IMG/VR virus record: IMGVR_UViG_3300037482_000423
Span: 1 to 49,388 of that record
DNA: 49,388 nucleotides
Strand: one strand, 5' to 3'
DNA from: a virus
Lineage: Duplodnaviria > Caudoviricetes
The notes under the pieces are model-generated. The model saw nothing but the letters and a program-made list of their open reading frames with translations, ran no database searches and had not been told where the DNA came from. A program made the position numbers and the translations under genes. Below, piece by piece: positions 28,256 to 35,762 of this stretch. How positions within the stretch are numbered: the stretch's first letter is position 1; each line of letters opens with the position of its first letter.

Positions 28256-28321
28256 AAAGGAGCTGGGCGTCCGTTCCCAGCAATTATTTACGACCCAGCA
28301 TCCGTGCCGGGAAGATCAATG

Positions 28322-28939
28322 TCAGACCGCCGCCTCGGGTTCTTCGTTGCAGCAGTCGAGACCGCCACAGCAACCAACCTTCGCCGGGTGGGCGGGGGCG
28401 GCTTCAGAAGGTTGTTCCGAGTCACCCGGATTGTCAAGGGCCTCCAGTGCCGGCGGGGGAAGCTGAACAAAGGGCGCAACATCAGGTCTCTGGCTCGGTT
28501 CAGGGTTGGCTAGAATCACCTTCCCCGCCGCGTGATCAACTCGGACCACCGGCTGCGAAGGATAGATCTCAAATCGCAGGGTGCCGTCCGGCTTCGCGTG
28601 CAGTTCCGCGACGATGGGGATCTTGGACGCCAGAATGGCCCGCAAATCGGCAGTCAGGACGTTGTAGTAGGCGACAAGAAAACGCCCCTGGGCGTTGTCG
28701 TTCTCGCCCGCTGCCGGCGGAAGATCCTGTAACAGCCCGTGGGGGTCCACCCCAGCCCCCCGCTTGCGGTCCACATCATTGGCGGCCTCCACCATGTCAT
28801 GCACGGCTTTGTTCACGTCAAGGGTCGGGTCAGCTTGCGCCGCCTGTTCCACGGTGCGGTTGATTTCGTCGGCGATGTCTTGCGGGGACTTGGAAAAGTC
28901 CACCGGTAATCCGTCAGGTCTGTTTATCATGGTTTTCAC
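28322..28939 (-). CDS. Hypothetical protein with C-terminal CCGGLDCC motif
   Basis: 205 aa ORF overlapping the recombinase end. Confidence 0.6.
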   Translation of the reverse strand: MKTMINRPDGLPVDFSKSPQDIADEINRTVEQAAQADPTLDVNKAVHDMVEAANDVDRKRGAGVDPHGLLQDLPPAAGENDNAQGRFLVAYYNVLTADLRAILASKIPIVAELHAKPDGTLRFEIYPSQPVVRVDHAAGKVILANPEPSQRPDVAPFVQLPPPALEALDNPGDSEQPSEAAPAHPAKVGCCGGLDCCNEEPEAAV

Positions 28940-29594
28940 TTTCTCTTTGGATGATTCGTTGGATGGTTCGGCGTGACCAGTGAACCCCCGTGGGGGACTG
29001 GTCGGGGAAATTTGTGTTGAGGAAGTCCGCTATACCCGGCAGGCCCCACCCCGTCTGGTGCATGGCGACGATTTCCTGGATGATCTCCCGACCAGAAAAA
29101 GGCTTCCGGCCCTCGCATCGGCCCTTCTCACGCCGGACCTTGTCCCGGCCGGCGCGGAGTTTTTTCACAATGACGGACTTGTCCCATTCCGCCAGGGCAC
29201 CCATGATCTGGCGAAACAGTTTTCGGGTCGGGTCAGTGTCGGGGGAAAAAACCAACTCCTCCCCGGAGTCGGCGCAATAAATCTTGATGCCAACCTCCGC
29301 GCAATGTCGAATAATCAACTCCGACTCAATCAAATCACGGGCGAGCCGGTCCGCGCGCTCCACAATGACGGACGTGGCCTCCTGCGCGGTCATGGCAACC
29401 AACATGTCCCCAAACGCGGGGCGCATCAGCGCCGGCATCGTGCCAGACACGCCCTCGTCAGAAAACACCCCGGCCACGACAAAACCCCGGCTGCGGGCGA
29501 AATTCGCGCAGGACTCCTGCTGGCGTTCCAACCCGCCGGCCTCAACTTGCGCCTGGCCGGAAACGCGAAGATACAAAACGGCTTTCTCGTTCAT
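28914..29594 (-). CDS. Small serine recombinase (resolvase/invertase family)
   Basis: YLRVS catalytic motif, RQ, DEGVSG, RPAF, VERADRLARD, and a short C-terminal HTH/recombinase-like segment. Confidence 0.9.
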   Translation of the reverse strand: MNEKAVLYLRVSGQAQVEAGGLERQQESCANFARSRGFVVAGVFSDEGVSGTMPALMRPAFGDMLVAMTAQEATSVIVERADRLARDLIESELIIRHCAEVGIKIYCADSGEELVFSPDTDPTRKLFRQIMGALAEWDKSVIVKKLRAGRDKVRREKGRCEGRKPFSGREIIQEIVAMHQTGWGLPGIADFLNTNFPDQSPTGVHWSRRTIQRIIQRESENHDKQT

Positions 29595-30058
29595 GCCTTA
29601 ACTTCGCACGCTTTCTTGGCCCTGTCAAGGGACTGATTCAAGACCTTCTCCAGCATCGACAGCACGCCCCACGCATTAATGTTGTCACGCCGGGCCACTA
29701 TATCCGCGCGAAGTTCAATAAAAAGCTGCCGTTCCACAGTCCTCCCCAATTCATAGTCTGCATCATTGGCAGCCCTCGGGGGTCCCAACCCGGGGGGCGG
29801 GTAGTCGGCCAGTTTGCGGACCGCCTCCAGGAGATCCGACGAGTCACCAGGGACCTCCGACGGCAGCCGGCAGACTCGCCCGCGAATCTGGTCCAAGACT
29901 TCCGCCACGGACTCCCGGACGTCTGTATGCGTGTCATTGCTGCCATCGAACCACAAACGCGTCCCCTCCGGGGTCCCCTGAATGGCTTCAATCCGGGCAG
30001 CACGATAATACGCATGCCGCGCCCCCTGGAGGGATGTAACTTTGATAAAGGTGTCCAT
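29591..30058 (-). CDS. Hypothetical protein
   Basis: 155 aa, ATGA-coupled to the recombinase. Confidence 0.6.
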   Translation of the reverse strand: MDTFIKVTSLQGARHAYYRAARIEAIQGTPEGTRLWFDGSNDTHTDVRESVAEVLDQIRGRVCRLPSEVPGDSSDLLEAVRKLADYPPPGLGPPRAANDADYELGRTVERQLFIELRADIVARRDNINAWGVLSMLEKVLNQSLDRAKKACEVKA

Positions 30059-30067
30059 ATTAAATGA

Positions 30068-30499
30068 TCATTCTTTTTTTGCAGGTTTCAACATCATTTG
30101 GGCACACTGCCCAGCGGCAAGATGGGCTACGCTTCCCACGCGCACCACCGCCACAAGCTGCGGGATCCCCGCTACCGGAAATTGGCTATACGACAAATGA
30201 GGGTTTTGCTCGCGATCCTTCTGGTTACCCCAGCAACAGCACCTGCAAACATCCGGCTCCGGTGCAAACACTGGCACTTGACCGGTCACCACCTCATGCG
30301 TCCTCCAAAAACACGGGAACTGCCGGCGAACCCCCACTGTATCTCCCTTATACAGAGGCCGGCCTTGACGCGCTAACCGCGCCAGATTGATGGCCTCGAA
30401 ATTGGGACCCAATAACTCAGGAACAACCTGTTGTTTCTTACAGACCGGGCACTTATACACGAAAACAAACATTATCTTATCCATAACTTTCCTCTTCAT
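30068..30499 (-). CDS. Hypothetical Cys-containing protein
   Basis: ATGA-coupled start at 30499; contains YKCPVC. Confidence 0.45.
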   Translation of the reverse strand: MKRKVMDKIMFVFVYKCPVCKKQQVVPELLGPNFEAINLARLARQGRPLYKGDTVGVRRQFPCFWRTHEVVTGQVPVFAPEPDVCRCCCWGNQKDREQNPHLSYSQFPVAGIPQLVAVVRVGSVAHLAAGQCAQMMLKPAKKE

Positions 30500-31254
30500 A
30501 TAATTCCTAAATACTGCGCGCACTGGCGCGGGGTTTTATCTTGATGCGGCTGCCTGAAGTCCGGACCGCCTGGACCCCAAAACTGCTGAATGGTGTGCCA
30601 GCCCCAAGAGGGACCGTGGGACCAGTCCCGAAAATCAACTCCACGACGGTGTTCGAGAAACGCCCAGGCCCCTATGGTGTTGAACTCCGCGAAGGTCTGC
30701 GGGAATTCGTTCCGGGTGGACAGCACATAGTCGTCAAACCTGCGGCCGGTGATTGTCTCAACGCGGCGACGGGTGGACGGGTAAACGTAAGCCGGGTATT
30801 GCATCGGGAAGCACCTCATGAACTCGTGCTCGGGAGTGAACCCTAGGCAATGTTTCACGGCGGCTTGCCAAAGCTGAAGGTGCGGGGCGGCGGGGAAAAG
30901 CGAGGCATACGAGCCGTAATAAACAATCGGCTTGGCAACGCCGAACTCCGCCAAGTCCGTGGGCCGGCAGAGCATGCAATCAGAATCCCAGTGAAGGATC
31001 CGGTCAAAGCCGGGGCAGTAAAGGTCCGCCTGGCACTTGAGCAGCATCTGAAAAAGGAAGCCCCGCCCCGGGGTCTCTTGAAAATGCTGGACGGAGACGG
31101 GGTGGGGGCCGATGGGCAACGCGGGGGCCGGACCTTCGGGGACCATTACCTTGATGCCACACTCGCCGCGCAGGTATTTTTGCAGCGACGCCACGGACCA
31201 GGCGAGCAACTGGTAATCGCGGGGGAACGAAATGATGTAAACGCAGGTTGTCAT
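30496..31254 (-). CDS. Putative GT-A glycosyltransferase (DUF6492-like)
   Basis: QMLLKCQAD, ILHWDSDC (DxD) and FAEFNTIGAWA pattern. Confidence 0.6.
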   Translation of the reverse strand: MTTCVYIISFPRDYQLLAWSVASLQKYLRGECGIKVMVPEGPAPALPIGPHPVSVQHFQETPGRGFLFQMLLKCQADLYCPGFDRILHWDSDCMLCRPTDLAEFGVAKPIVYYGSYASLFPAAPHLQLWQAAVKHCLGFTPEHEFMRCFPMQYPAYVYPSTRRRVETITGRRFDDYVLSTRNEFPQTFAEFNTIGAWAFLEHRRGVDFRDWSHGPSWGWHTIQQFWGPGGPDFRQPHQDKTPRQCAQYLGII

Positions 31255-31580
31255 GAATAAAAATGCCGGATGCAGACGTTTTTAGGGTTCTCGCCCAGCG
31301 CCCAGGCGTCACGAATAAAATACTCCACCTCCACAGGGAGGACGCCCCGACGAGCTACCCGCGCGCGCAGGGGACCATGGGCCACGACGCGCCGCCTGAA
31401 CTCCGTGTAGTCATAACGCTGCTCGCCGGGCGTAGGATAATAGCGGCAATAATCCGTGGGACCCACCGGTCGCGGCGCTGAAAAAGTGGCATCCGTGGAA
31501 CCCCCCGGTCGCGGCGCTAAGGAAGCGGCACCGCCCAGGCCAAAGGCAAAGAGCCTGTCTAAGAATGTGCGTCTTTTCAT
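31251..31580 (-). CDS. Small protein with twin-arginine-like signal
   Basis: MKRRTFLDRLFAFGLGGAASLA; ATGA-coupled on both sides; internal repeat APRP.G.TD x2. Confidence 0.55.
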   Translation of the reverse strand: MKRRTFLDRLFAFGLGGAASLAPRPGGSTDATFSAPRPVGPTDYCRYYPTPGEQRYDYTEFRRRVVAHGPLRARVARRGVLPVEVEYFIRDAWALGENPKNVCIRHFYS

Positions 31581-31828
31581 AATTGCTCCCAGGCATAAAT
31601 GTGGCACCGATGGCAAGATGTCGGGCCTTCCGGCGACTCCTGAATGTAATGAATCCCAAGGTCGCGGCCGCAGATGTAACAAATCGGCGTGTCCAGGTGC
31701 CGGTATGGCTGGCCCGGGCCGGCCGGGTCCTCAGTGCAAAATTTGCACAACTGGATCTTCTCCAGCGGGAAAAGAGCGATAACCCGCACGGTGCAGGCTG
31801 AGAGTTTGGTGCAAAATTGGCAGTTCAT
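31577..31828 (-). CDS. Small multi-CxxC (Zn-finger) protein
   Basis: CQFC, CKFC, CYIC and CHRC in 83 aa. Confidence 0.55.
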   Translation of the reverse strand: MNCQFCTKLSACTVRVIALFPLEKIQLCKFCTEDPAGPGQPYRHLDTPICYICGRDLGIHYIQESPEGPTSCHRCHIYAWEQL

Positions 31829-31958
31829 TTTCTGGTTATCTTGTCATAGGCCCAGAATGCCGCCACGGCAACCCGGCTGAGCGCGTATATTATACAGGCG
31901 CAAAAAGTGTAAAATAGGCGGAACGCAAATCGGCCAGCCGCTAAAAATAGTTGTTTCA

Positions 31959-32210
31959 TCAGGATCTCCTTAATTTCGATTTCCCCCGCCCCCGCAGCTT
32001 GTCATAGGCCCAAACGCCTACAAGAAAACCTTTGGCCAAGAGATAGACGCCAAAACAAACCACAAACACAGCAGCCGGGAACCCCCAAAAGGGAAGCGTG
32101 ACATACCACCAGGACCAGTCAATAACCTTGGTCAGCTTCAAAGTGACAAAAATCAAACCGAGGACTCCCAGAATAGGGAACCCTCCGACGGGGACTTGCG
32201 TGTTATTCAT
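31959..32210 (-). CDS. Small two-TM membrane protein
   Basis: LGLIFVTLKLTKVIDWSWWYVTLPFW, a widespread phage membrane-protein motif. Confidence 0.75.
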   Translation of the reverse strand: MNNTQVPVGGFPILGVLGLIFVTLKLTKVIDWSWWYVTLPFWGFPAAVFVVCFGVYLLAKGFLVGVWAYDKLRGRGKSKLRRS

Positions 32211-32397
32211 GGCTTTTGGGGTGCTGGATGTCTGTTTGCCATTCGTGACCGCACCTAAGGCAGTGAAAATTCTTGCGTAGGCCGGCATCGTCCGCGCGGG
32301 CCACCGAATGGATCCAAGCGATCCGCCACTCGCTATTCGCGGCCAGACCAGGGGCCTTCACCGGTTCCTCAGATTGGCCACATATAGGGCAATTCAT
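32203..32397 (-). CDS. Zn-ribbon protein (leaderless)
   Basis: MNCPICG...HCLRCGHEW; preceded directly by a promoter. Confidence 0.65.
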   Translation of the reverse strand: MNCPICGQSEEPVKAPGLAANSEWRIAWIHSVARADDAGLRKNFHCLRCGHEWQTDIQHPKSHE

Positions 32398-32402
32398 GGC
32401 GC

Positions 32403-32430
32403 AACGTAGCACGGGGGCCGGGGGTGTCAA
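32403..32430 (-). promoter_or_regulatory. Sigma70-like promoter, leaderless
   Basis: TTGACA-N16-TACGTT with TGn extension, then 5 nt before the ATG at 32397. Confidence 0.6.
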
Positions 32431-32451
32431 AGGAGGGGGAGACGATTTTTG

Positions 32452-32491
32452 AAAAAAAAGTGGAGGCAGCTTTCTTTGGCCACCCCCACTT
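32452..32491 (-). terminator. Rho-independent terminator after FN3 gene
   Basis: Minus strand AAGTGGGGGTGGC-loop-GCTGCCTCCACTT (with G-U pairs) running into an 8-nt T-run. Confidence 0.7.
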
Positions 32492-32514
32492 TACACTACC
32501 TCCTTGGCGTCGCC

Positions 32515-32778
32515 TTACACGACGGTCAGAGTCGGCGTCCCGGGGGCACTAGGCAGCCCGGGCGTGGCCACGGGGTCCGACTGGTCACCCTCGCCGGCCA
32601 GATTCACAGCGGAAACCTTCCACGCCCTGTCTCCGGTCACGTTGTTGAGCGTCACGGTGTTGGAGAACACCGTTTGCAGGTAGTCGAAGTTGCCGCCATC
32701 GACGGCTTGGTAGAGTTTGTAGGACTCCACCAGTTCATTTGAGGGATTCGCGGGCCAATCGAGTTTGATGCTAGCCAT
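32515..32778 (-). CDS. Stand-alone fibronectin type III domain protein
   Basis: IKLDWPANP...VESYKLY...WKVSAVNLAGEGDQSDP..PSAPGTP; SD-like GAAAGG upstream and a terminator downstream. Confidence 0.75.
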   Translation of the reverse strand: MASIKLDWPANPSNELVESYKLYQAVDGGNFDYLQTVFSNTVTLNNVTGDRAWKVSAVNLAGEGDQSDPVATPGLPSAPGTPTLTVV

Positions 32779-33092
32779 TTTAGGACCTTTCGTTGAGTTT
32801 TGAGTTTACCGACGCGGGTAAATATCCCCGCCGGTGGCAGCCCGTATACCGGGCACTAACGAATCTGTAATTTTTTCGACAAAGGGAGACCCGTGGGAAC
32901 CAATTTTACAAATTTCGCGGGAGTCACTGAGCCAACCCCTGCCCCCACCAGGGTCCCCCGTCGGTTTTTGGCGATCTTTGACCACCCTGCGCGAAAAGAG
33001 GCAGGTTTTGGGCGGAATCTGTAGAAACCGCCCACCGCCGGCCGGGCAAAAGCTGCCGATCCCGCCCCCAGGCGCGGCCGGGGCCATCCCCA

Positions 33093-33172
33093 CCACAACA
33101 TCTAGTGGGTGACGCAATCCCCGGGCACAATATCTAGTGGGTGGCACAATCCCGGGGCACAATATCCTGCCT
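33093..33172. promoter_or_regulatory. Tandem NrdR-box-like sites on a 32-bp repeat
   Basis: CCACAACATCTAGTGG (33093-33108) and GCACAATATCTAGTGG (33125-33140), plus a degenerate third at 33157. They match the NrdR consensus acaCwAtATaTwGtg. Confidence 0.6.
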
Positions 33173-33201
33173 CGCTCGCCCAGCGGAGACCCTTTCGCTC
33201 G

Positions 33202-33312
33202 GTGTGCCATTATGTCACACCTGGTTTACACCACAATCCTTCGGGGGGGGGGGAAGTGTGCCATTATGACACACTTGGTGTGACATTATGTCTCACCTGC
33301 ATTATGTCTCAC
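33202..33312. repeat. Four copies of a 19-bp near-palindrome GTGTG(C/A)CATTATG(T/A)C(A/T)CAC
   Basis: Copies at 33202-33220, 33256-33274, 33278-33296 and partial 33300-33312; G11 run at 33243-33253. Confidence 0.85.
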
Positions 33313-33973
33313 TTACATCTTTGGCATCAGAAAGGCGCTCCATGGCATCCCCTACCACATCCAGCGCCAAAGCCTCGGGATCCGGGCATGCCACTGGGAT
33401 GCGTGCCAGCCCCTCCAGGACCTTGCTTCCCATGGCCAGGCTATCATCGGCGGTGGACTTGTCGTGCTTGACCCGGGCTGCGCGCTCTGCTGCCGTGTCG
33501 CACATGGCCGCATTTGCCATCTGGGACAGCTTCACGGCGGCATTGGACAGGTCGGCCAAGGGCTTCAGGTCAATCCGCTGGCCCGACTCCGTGGTGACCC
33601 TGAACAGGTCCAACACGGACTTGTCAGCAACGGCGGCCGTCTCAACCTCGGAGATCACGCTGTCAATGATACGCCGGATCCGCTGGGCCTGCACATAGAG
33701 CGCCGCCCGATTCAGCAACCGCTCGATCTCCGCCGGCCCGCGCGACGATGGCGAGCACATGTTGATCGTGGCGTCCAGACGCGACTGCCAATCCTCGCGC
33801 TTTGCGTGGCGCTCCACAAAGGCCGGCGAAACATTGCACGCCAGCGCGGTCTTGTTGGCATCACCCTCCAGCAAGATGAAGGTCAGATAGCACTTCGTCA
33901 AAAGCGTCTGCGTCGGCTCTGGTGGGTCCGGAAGGACGTCAGTCCTGGGGTTCGGCTCGTCGGACAATGGCAT
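33302..33973 (-). CDS. Probable terminase small subunit
   Basis: From MPLSDEPNP: HTH-like GDANKTALACNVSPAFVERHAKREDW, then a helical oligomerisation-like region. First gene of the late strand. Confidence 0.55.
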   Translation of the reverse strand: MPLSDEPNPRTDVLPDPPEPTQTLLTKCYLTFILLEGDANKTALACNVSPAFVERHAKREDWQSRLDATINMCSPSSRGPAEIERLLNRAALYVQAQRIRRIIDSVISEVETAAVADKSVLDLFRVTTESGQRIDLKPLADLSNAAVKLSQMANAAMCDTAAERAARVKHDKSTADDSLAMGSKVLEGLARIPVACPDPEALALDVVGDAMERLSDAKDVSET

Positions 33974-34131
33974 CGAAAAACTCCTTTCGCTTCTTCTCCC
34001 GAGTCTTGGCAGCGGCGGCACGCCGCAAATCCGATACGCTTTTGGGAGTCGCCTTGAAAAGCTGGTCCCTGATCTTCTTATGCATGCTGAAGGATGCCGG
34101 AAAAGGGGTGCGAGTCTAGCCCTAGCGCCTG

Positions 34132-34493
34132 GCAAGTGCAGGGAAAACCCTCGGAAGCGCAGTGGAATGTAACACTTGCGGAGACCGCCCAAACAAGAGA
34201 TTTTCCCAAGCGGGCGTGGAAAAACCAGGCGGTCACGAGCCCGAGTGCTATTATAGCCAGGGGTGGCATACTGTGTCTATATAGACCTTATAAAAAATAA
34301 TATTTATATAAATATATAAAAAACATAAATATATATATTGACTTTATGATCCCAGTTGTTACCCCTGACTATAACAGCACTTGAATTTGGCGTGGCTCAT
34401 TTTTTCCACGCCCGCTTACTCCAAATGAGGTTTTTCTCCATTTGCCCAAGTTGAATGTGCCCTAGCACTTCAGGGCGTTTTCCTCTCACTTGC
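34132..34493. other. Long imperfect inverted repeat around AT-rich core (replication origin candidate)
   Basis: Matching blocks pair in one register (34132/34493, 34208/34417 and 34244/34381 all sum to 68625). The core 34275-34345 is almost purely A/T. Located at the strand switch. Confidence 0.7.
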
Positions 34494-34555
34494 AAGTGAC
34501 AGGAAAAAGCATCGTGCGCCCTGGACTTTGTTGGATTCTCAGAATACACTGGCCC

Positions 34556-35266
34556 ATGAATAATGAACATCCCGAGTATTTGCCGGCCATAGTCGCCCGC
34601 GCTGACGTTCGCCCGCGCGGCGTTTCCGTCGTGTTCCCCAACGCATCCCACCCAAGTTCTGGTTCTTACCGGACCCAGATCGTTGTCTTTGGCAAACGAT
34701 ATTACGTATGGGAGGGAATCTGTGCGAAGGCAGCATTCGCCCGTGACTGCGCCCTGGTGGCCTTCTATCAGTATATGCGCCGCTACAAGCGGGCCAGCCT
34801 GTGGAAGGACCCACAGAGTCTGCCACTGAACTACCGTTATTTTTCCATCGGCGACGCGGATCTGCCAGGTCAGACACGTTACCATGACGAGCGTGTGAAA
34901 TACGCGGCACTCTGTTACGCCGTCACCACGGGAGCGCAGTTTTACTCGCCCCTCTTCGACCAGGGCACGCGCGATCAAATCTTTGATCGGGTTGAGGCCA
35001 TCAAGAAGCGCATCGCCGCAACCCCGCAACGCCAACCCCCGCAGTCGGGTCCAGTGGCTACGTCGGATGCCTACGGATTTACCATCCCGAAGCCAGGCGA
35101 CAGCCAGTCCCTCACCGCGCGTGTCCGTTCAGTGGAACAAACCCTTTGCTTGGTCGAGCAAATGGTGGATGGGGAGGCCGCCCTTTCCGCGCGTCTCGAA
35201 GCCCTTGAAGCACGCGTGGCCGCGCTTGAAGAATCAATACGGCGTCGGCCGGGCCGGCTTCTTTGA
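34556..35266 (+). CDS. AP2-like DNA-binding protein with C-terminal coiled coil
   Basis: SYRTQIVVFGKRYYVWEG..AKAAFARDCAL...LNY resembles an AP2/ERF domain; C-terminal LSARLEALEARVAALEE. Confidence 0.5.
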   Translation: MNNEHPEYLPAIVARADVRPRGVSVVFPNASHPSSGSYRTQIVVFGKRYYVWEGICAKAAFARDCALVAFYQYMRRYKRASLWKDPQSLPLNYRYFSIGDADLPGQTRYHDERVKYAALCYAVTTGAQFYSPLFDQGTRDQIFDRVEAIKKRIAATPQRQPPQSGPVATSDAYGFTIPKPGDSQSLTARVRSVEQTLCLVEQMVDGEAALSARLEALEARVAALEESIRRRPGRLL

Positions 35267-35296
35267 GGCGCTTGAAGAATCAACCAAGGAAAAATC

Positions 35297-35746
35297 ATGA
35301 CAGACAAAGCACAAAAGAGTATGGATTCCCAGCATAAACAACTTGCCTTGCAATCCAAACGGAGGCGCATCATTCTTCGCAAGATGTTGTGGGATTATAT
35401 GACCCTTACCCGCAGCGGGAGATCGCCCTTCGAGGACTTCCACACCCAGGAACTTTATCATGTTCTCGATGACCTGCACAGGGGGGACATGAAGTGTTTC
35501 GCCGGCGTCCTTTTCCGGGAGACCCTGAAAGGGTTGGCAGCGGAGCGCCGGCCCTACGTTCAGCGGCTCCCCGGCGATGTGTGGCGCATCTTCCGCAGTC
35601 CTCGCAGTCCCTCGGGGTCACCCAAACGGCCATCCCTTGCGGACCGCCTTGACGCCTTCGAAGCACGCTTGACCGCCTTCGAGGCACGACTGTCGGCCGA
35701 GGAAGCCGCCGCTCGTTGTTGGCGCGCCGCGTCCCTGTTACCATAG
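35297..35746 (+). CDS. Hypothetical protein, C-terminal coiled coil
   Basis: AAGGA SD; LADRLDAFEARLTAFEARLS. Confidence 0.6.
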   Translation: MTDKAQKSMDSQHKQLALQSKRRRIILRKMLWDYMTLTRSGRSPFEDFHTQELYHVLDDLHRGDMKCFAGVLFRETLKGLAAERRPYVQRLPGDVWRIFRSPRSPSGSPKRPSLADRLDAFEARLTAFEARLSAEEAAARCWRAASLLP

Positions 35747-35762
35747 AAGGGTTAAGAAAACC

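Noticed and set aside
28176-28283. N-terminal extension of the pyruvyltransferase ORF
   Set aside because: It overlaps the tRNA; the family NxGD motif sits just after ATG 28175.
28183-29594. tRNA as attP with the recombinase as integrase
   Set aside because: The tRNA has both acceptor-stem strands (not a 3' fragment), and the enzyme is a short resolvase-type protein; tRNA integration is typical of tyrosine integrases.
33278-33296. CRP site (TGTGA-N6-TCACA)
   Set aside because: Half-site spacing is 7 nt and the conserved CATTATG core is not a CRP feature.
33093-33312. CRISPR mini-array
   Set aside because: Units are directly tandem or irregularly spaced (e.g. 35-nt then 3-nt gaps), with no regular unique spacers and no cas genes.
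291-33900. Numerous long plus-strand ORFs over the structural region
   Set aside because: They are antisense shadows of GC-rich minus-strand genes, with no motifs or RBS; the minus strand is already fully tiled.
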